From NCBI GenBank assembly GCA_039096225.1, contig JBBPEB010000003.1, positions 558,001 through 622,000 on the forward strand: a stretch of 64,000 bases of DNA. Direction: 5' to 3'. The notes under the pieces were generated by a model. It was not told the DNA's origin, ran no database searches, and saw nothing but the letters and a program-made list of their open reading frames with translations. Below, in pieces: positions 41,106 through 64,000 of this stretch. How positions within the stretch are numbered: position 1 is the stretch's first letter; the number at the start of each line of letters is the position of its first letter. A program made the position numbers and the translations under genes. The stretch comes from Blastocystis sp. Blastoise. Lineage: Eukaryota > Protista > Bigyra: Opalinata.

Positions 41106-41672
41106 GAATTACCCAATAGATTATTCATGCTTTTCAAAAACTTCGTAAACATCAATATAAAGTATGTAATAAAAATATTAATGAAACTATTTTTATTTCT
41201 ATATAGGGTCATCAAATATATGTATATGTATTAGGAGTAGTAACAAATGCTCAACATATGGGTTTAGGATCTACTATTTTAAAGAAACTTATGGATTATG
41301 CTGATGAGTATACTTTTATTTATTATATATTATATATGATATTTTCAACATAGTTATTTATATTTATTATAAATATATATATAATAATGATGATAATAAT
41401 GATTAACATAGTAATATATATATCAAAATATCGATAATATTATAATAATAATATAAAATGTAATAATAATATATATAGCAATAATCTTCCTATAACTTTG
41501 GAGACATCTACAGAAAATAATGTTCGTTTTTATGAAAAACATGGATTTATTGTCTTAGAAAAACGAGAATTCTTAAAAGAAGGTATATCAGATGATTTTT
41601 ATATTCTTTCTATCTATTTATGTAGGACCTCCTGTTTGGCTTATGTTACGCCCTGCGCTTCTCTCTCATTAA
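40680..41672 (+). CDS. GNAT-family N-acetyltransferase (puromycin N-acetyltransferase-like), about 6 exons
   Basis: Spliced exons give ..LIIDAFQNEPF..SAIIW|..IYVYVLGVVTNAQHMGLGSTILKKLMDYAD|NLPITLETSTENNVRFYEKHGF..|PPVWLMLRP*. Motif A (QxxGxG) and motif B (LETS..N..FYEKHGF) are present; TAA at 41670-41672. Confidence 0.88.
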
Positions 41673-42046
41673 ATATAATTTTTTAATTTAAACAAAATAT
41701 TTATCCAATGATTTTTTTTATGCTTATAATTAGAATATAAAGATCTAATCGAGACAAAATTTATTGTACACCAATGACTGCAAACAAAACAATACATATA
41801 ATGAATATCATATAATAAGAAATTAATTAATAAAAATAAATAATACCGACTATAAAAAAAAAATAAAATAAAAATTATATTTAATATATATATTTATATA
41901 TGCTAATGTTTATAGGATAAGAATGAAGATAAAATAGACGGACAAAAAAAACTAAAAAGAATATACATATATAGTCATAAAAATGAAAAAAAAACAATAA
42001 ATAAAGAACAATGAATAAAAATAAATTAAAAACAAATAAATTTTTT

Positions 42047-55396
<13,350 letters not shown>

Positions 55397-55775
55397 GTTT
55401 CTCTATATAATCTAACTATTATAGAAAAAGAATCAGTTCTTATTGTAGATATTATGCAAAATGTAATTTTATATTAAACTTCTTTTGATGACTTCAAGTG
55501 ACGCTAATCGCGGTAAAGGGACATAGAGACCTATAACTCTCATCAAATTCGTGAGTATCTCCTTTTTTGACTAAAAAATGGACTAAACTCCGGATTATAC
55601 CGTTTTTTTGCGGGAGAATGGATTATGGAGGTAAATAAAAACGAAAAAGGCGGTTTATAAATGAATAGGTTTTGTTTTCTTCCTTGTTGTGTGCTTATTT
55701 ATTAGAATCTTTCATTAAAACAAATTAAAAGTCTATTCTATAGATTTATCTCGTTTGTATCTTGCTTAATTCATA
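55397..55775. promoter_or_regulatory. Short (~380 bp) bidirectional promoter region between HEATR5 and CENP-L, locally enriched in GC/CpG
   Basis: Divergent ATGs at 55396 (-) and 55776 (+). Contains TCGCGGTAA, TAAACTCCGGATT (55584-55596), TTTTGCGGGAG and AAAAGGCGGTT. Confidence 0.6.
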
Positions 55776-57116
55776 ATGGAAAAAGAACATTCAGTTCAAT
55801 ATCTACTTGGAAAAACATGGAAGATACATAAAACATCATCGTTTCACCATTTTACAGTATCTGAATCATCATTCAAACAGTACAAAGCGAGTCTTATTGA
55901 TGATTTCAAGAATTGCTTGTCACAAATTCAGTATGGAGTTGTTCCAGTAGTAACAGCAGATCTATTTGAAATAGAAACGGGAAGAAGTATTTTTTTATTT
56001 GTTTTCTTATTACGCTTCTATTATAATTAGATGATACAAGTCAAATTGTTGCAATTTCATTGTTTTATGAGCATGGGGAATTCAATGGAGAATTATCTTT
56101 TGTATTATATGGAAATAAAGGAATAGACAATCAAGGTTTTTTTCATTTTGATTATTTATTAGTATTTTTTTTTTAAATATATTCCCATAGTATATATGAT
56201 AATCCTGTTATGTATAGTCAAAAGGTAAAACTCAATATATATCATTTGTAATGGATTGGTTTGAAGTTAATTTTGATTGTAAAATATCAAAAACACCAAA
56301 TATTATTGCTCCGTAAGATATATGCTTTTTTATTATGTTTATTATTATGTTTATTATTTTTTTAATTATTTTTTCAATTTTTGTTTTTACCCTATAAACT
56401 TTTGATATATATATATAATAGATATAAGTTAGAAACTATAACAAATCAATGGATAGAATTATCTCTATCGAATGAACGTGATGAAGAAGAAATCAAAGAA
56501 GGAGGTATATATATTTATATATTTATATTTTTATTATTAATAATATGTGTATTTCTTCTTTTGGAATTATATATATATATAATTTTTATTAAATCATAGC
56601 ATAAATTAATAATAATAATATATCTATATATATATAGTTACATTAGTAAATTTAACATTTCAAGTTCCTATATCTATTGATGGATTAGATTCAATATCAA
56701 TATCATTCAATCGAAATAATTTACTTACTTTAATTGATAATACAGATACATGTATATATTATTATTATTATTATACTTAGTATTATTATTATTATTATAT
56801 TACTTATTAAGAATCATCTCTTATAATCATAATTTTTTTATATCATGTGTACTCTTCTTATATATATTCCTATAACTTTATATAGCAAATTCATATGAGA
56901 CTTTATGTAAACATTTTGAATATACATTTAAAATTCCCGTGGGAATTTTAAAGTTGAATCGAGTTGCTACTGATATTGCTGCTCTATCTTCAGATGGAAA
57001 AATCAAAGTATATTTTATATTCATATATTACATTTCATTTTAATTATATATATATATAGTTTTTCTCGGAATCTTTGATTTTCATCCTATTAGACAACCT
57101 CATGGCTCAAATATAA
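55776..57116 (+). CDS. CENPL: Centromere protein L (CCAN subunit CENP-L) homolog, about 7 exons
   Basis: Exons give GKTWKIHKTSSFHHF (KQWTLYSLTPLYKF), WFEVNFDCKIS (WLQKTFDCYFS), GLDSISISF, and LCKHFEYTFKIPVGILKLNRVATDIAALSSDGKIK|FF (HFHRHFKIHLSATRLVRVSTSVASAHTDGKIKIL, recalled human CENP-L). Last exon 57060-57116 ends in TAA. Confidence 0.85.
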
Positions 57117-57735
57117 ACTTATATATTGCCTTTATTTTTCTTTTTCTTTTTTCATATATATTTTTTTTCAATTTTTCATTTTTCGTCATTTCCTTTAATA
57201 ATATCATAGATCTCCTCTATTTCACTTTTTTTTAAATATAAAAAATCTATCTTTTTGTGCATTATCTGTTTGTTGTCATCATGAAAAGTCATTTCTTCAA
57301 CAAGTTACACTATTTAATTTAATATGAATCACAATTTGCAGTTCAAGAAATAATTCTTTTTGCGTTTTTATGCATTTCATTGTCGATAATTATTTTGCAG
57401 TGAAGATATATTTAAAAAAAATTACATTCTCACATAAACATTCGTACCTACGTATATGTTTATAAACCATATTCATATTTCTAGTGTTACACGATGATTA
57501 ATCAATTGCGAAAAATAAATACGTTCAAATAAAAATAGTCATGTAAATATTCTCTTTTAATACTAGGTTTAGTTATTTAATCGCGGAATTTAAATAAATC
57601 TAGAAAATAGTAATCTGTCTTTTGAGTTTTTCCTATTCAATATAATAATTCTCTTTATAGGTAGCTTATATTAATACTGAAATAGAGGTATACTACTATT
57701 TCCAGAATCATCTATATTATTTTCTATTAGACACT

Positions 57736-61574
<3,839 letters not shown>

Positions 61575-62167
61575 ATTAATTAATTATATTCATTTACTTC
61601 TCTTGTTAATATTTTTATTTTGATTATTTTGTTTTATTCTCTTCTTACTAATTATTTTTTATTATTAATTTATACAGTGAACTGTTTTTTATATTATTAT
61701 TTTTTTTCTCTTTTTCTTTTTTTTATTTATTTCTGAAATCGTTCTTCTTTTTTGTTCGTTGTTTCTTTTATATTTATATATATATATTTATCAAATAAAC
61801 CTAGAAATGAACATTACATATCTGTTTTTAAACCGATGATTACTGAAATTATTATTAAAAATATAGAATAGTTATCGTATTACTAAATAGTATTGTCTCT
61901 AGTGAAAATTATAACTGAATTCTTTCTACTGTGGTCTATTGACAGAAACAACAATCAATAAAATAAATACATATTTTTTCAAATTTTGAAAGAGAGAACC
62001 ATGATTAATTTAAAATTGGAAGCAGAAAAAGAAACATTCTCATTCTTCAGTTTCTCTTTTTGTTATTTTTTTTTATCATCTCTTTTATTTGGTTGTTTAG
62101 ACCCTATATTTATTCCATCGTTCATTTACAAATTTACTTCAGTTGATCATTATTAGCTCTTCACAAT

Positions 62168-62698
62168 ATGAATACGAAAAAGCCTAAATCTCAAAAAACA
62201 CTTTCATTTAGTGACGTCATAAGTATTCAAGATCCTGATGGAACTAAGTTTTCTGGAACAATCAATAAAGGCAGACCAAATGGTGTAGGTGAAACATTAT
62301 ATGCAACTGGTGAATGTTATAGTGGTGAGTTTAAAAATGGAAAGCCTCATGGTTCTGGTCTATTTGTATATCAAGATGGAGAAATCTATGAAGGAAACTT
62401 CAAGAAAGGTAGTTTTGAAGGAAAAGGATCATTTTTCTTTAAAGATGGTTCGTTTTATAATGGTGATTTTCATAAGAATACGATTAATGGCTATGGAATG
62501 AAACATTTTTCTAATGGTGATGTTTACGAAGGTGATTGGAAGAATTCAAAGCAAAATGGTAATGGTGCTATGAAATATACTGATGGATCTCGATATGAAG
62601 GTGAGTGGAAGAATGGATATCGTCATGGTAAAGGTATTTTTTGGTTTTCAAAAACACCTTCTACATCTTTTACAAGAATCAATAGTCATTTATCAATA

Positions 62699-62783
<85 letters not shown>

Positions 62784-63070
62784 TAGAAGATGATTTTTTT
62801 CCAGAACAAGAAGAAGATATATCTGAATTAGAAGTTCCTTTATATATGAATTCTATACATAGATATGAAGGTACTTTTGAAAATGATGAAATGAATGGAA
62901 AAGGTGTTGAATATTTTTCAGATGGATCCAGATTTAATGGATTTTTTGTTAATGGATATAAACATGGAAAAGGACAATTTATTAATAGAAATGGAGGTAT
63001 ATTCTTTAGAAAATATAATAATAATGTTCTTATATATGAAAAAGAATTAAATTCAAAGTATATATATTAA
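62168..63070 (+). CDS. MORN-repeat protein (about 8 repeats) with a poly-Asn insertion
   Basis: Repeated Y(E/S)G(E/D)(F/W)K(N/D)G..(H/N)G.G...(Y/F).DG 23-aa units. A possible donor GTATAT at 63058 could change the C-terminus. Confidence 0.93.
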
Positions 63071-64000
63071 TTATATATATTATTTTTATTATATATTTTT
63101 TTGTTTGATGATATTTATGTTTCTTAAAATTCTTTTTTCTATATATGTTTATAATAATTATTAAATCTCTTATATATATATATATATAGATTTTGTGCTT
63201 GTTTTCAGTTCTTATTCTTCACAGGAATGTAGTATTTTCTATTGTATCCTATAGTTTATTCTATATTACTCTATAGAAATTCTATATACTATTCTATATA
63301 TTCTATATTTGATATCTATTTATTATATATATGGTCTAGAAAATTACTCTTCTACAATATATAATAATACTATTTTTAAATACATCTATACTATTTTTTT
63401 TAATTATTTTCTATTATATATATTTGACTATATAGTAATATTATTCTTTCTTTTTCTTTTTAATGATTTTTATTTTTATAATTTTATTTTTATGATTTTT
63501 CTTTTTATACTTTTCTTTTTATGATTTTTCTTTTTATTAATTTTTCTTTTTATGATTTTTCTTTTTATTAATTTATATTTTTAATGATTTTCTTGTTTTA
63601 ACTATTTTTTTTTTGCTTATTGCTTAGTATACTTTATATATATATTTCTATTGTGAATATTTGTAAACTTTTATTTGTTTTTTTTTAATGGTTAGAAATT
63701 ATTATTATTATTTCTTTCCTTCATTTATATATATAAATATATTTATATAAGGATTATATATATTTATATTTATATATCTTTTTTCTTATCTGCATGCTCT
63801 ATTTTTGTATTTATAATTTATATTTATATATTTTTCTGATTGTTGCTTGCCATCGTCATTATCCATTATTATATATATATATATATTTTTTTCTTCTTTG
63901 AAAAACATAATTATCAATAGTTTTCTTTTGATTTCTAATTATTGTTTTGTTTTTAGAATCTATGTTTAAAAGAATGTAATAAACATAGGATACTTTAAAT

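Noticed and set aside
63080-64000. ORF 63309-63524 and T-rich imperfect repeats
   Set aside because: Low-complexity intergenic or intronic sequence with no recognisable coding signal.

Overview
Very AT-rich eukaryotic DNA with GT-AG spliceosomal introns, many filled with (TA)n or (AAT)n microsatellites. The gene content and a 34-nt intron suggest a protist, possibly a Blastocystis-like stramenopile (inference only). Left to right: (1) a partial UTP20/DRIM gene (+) with several apparent frameshifts that breaks off at ~4.3 kb; (2) a heavily decayed non-LTR retrotransposon (-, ~4.8-8.4 kb); (3) an intact, intron-containing Buster-type hAT transposase (-, 8748-11482) with a BED finger, intact DDE residues, extra insertions and a Buster-like TIR ending at 11685; (4) head-to-head with it, one 26.4-kb ORF encoding an 8813-aa secreted mosaic protein (apparently inactive metzincin-like head; LamG, PA14, FAMeT-like, WSC and discoidin-like modules; alternating He_PIG Ig and Cys modules; a ~3x 2004-bp near-identical tandem array; C-terminal RRRL; no membrane anchor); (5) a GNAT acetyltransferase; (6) an intron-rich HEATR5/Laa1 gene (-) with a ~1200-aa disordered insertion; (7) a divergently transcribed CENP-L; (8) a RanBP2-ZnF/Royal-family domain protein; (9) a MORN-repeat protein. 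Unexplained DNA-level signals: a GC-rich C(G/A)CGGGAAT motif recurring in exons regardless of frame or strand, a 13-mer shared by both divergent promoters, a TATCTCAGATA palindrome interrupting (AAT)n tracts at three loci, and near strand-symmetric intron ends. All calls were made by eye; exon boundaries and domain limits are approximate.
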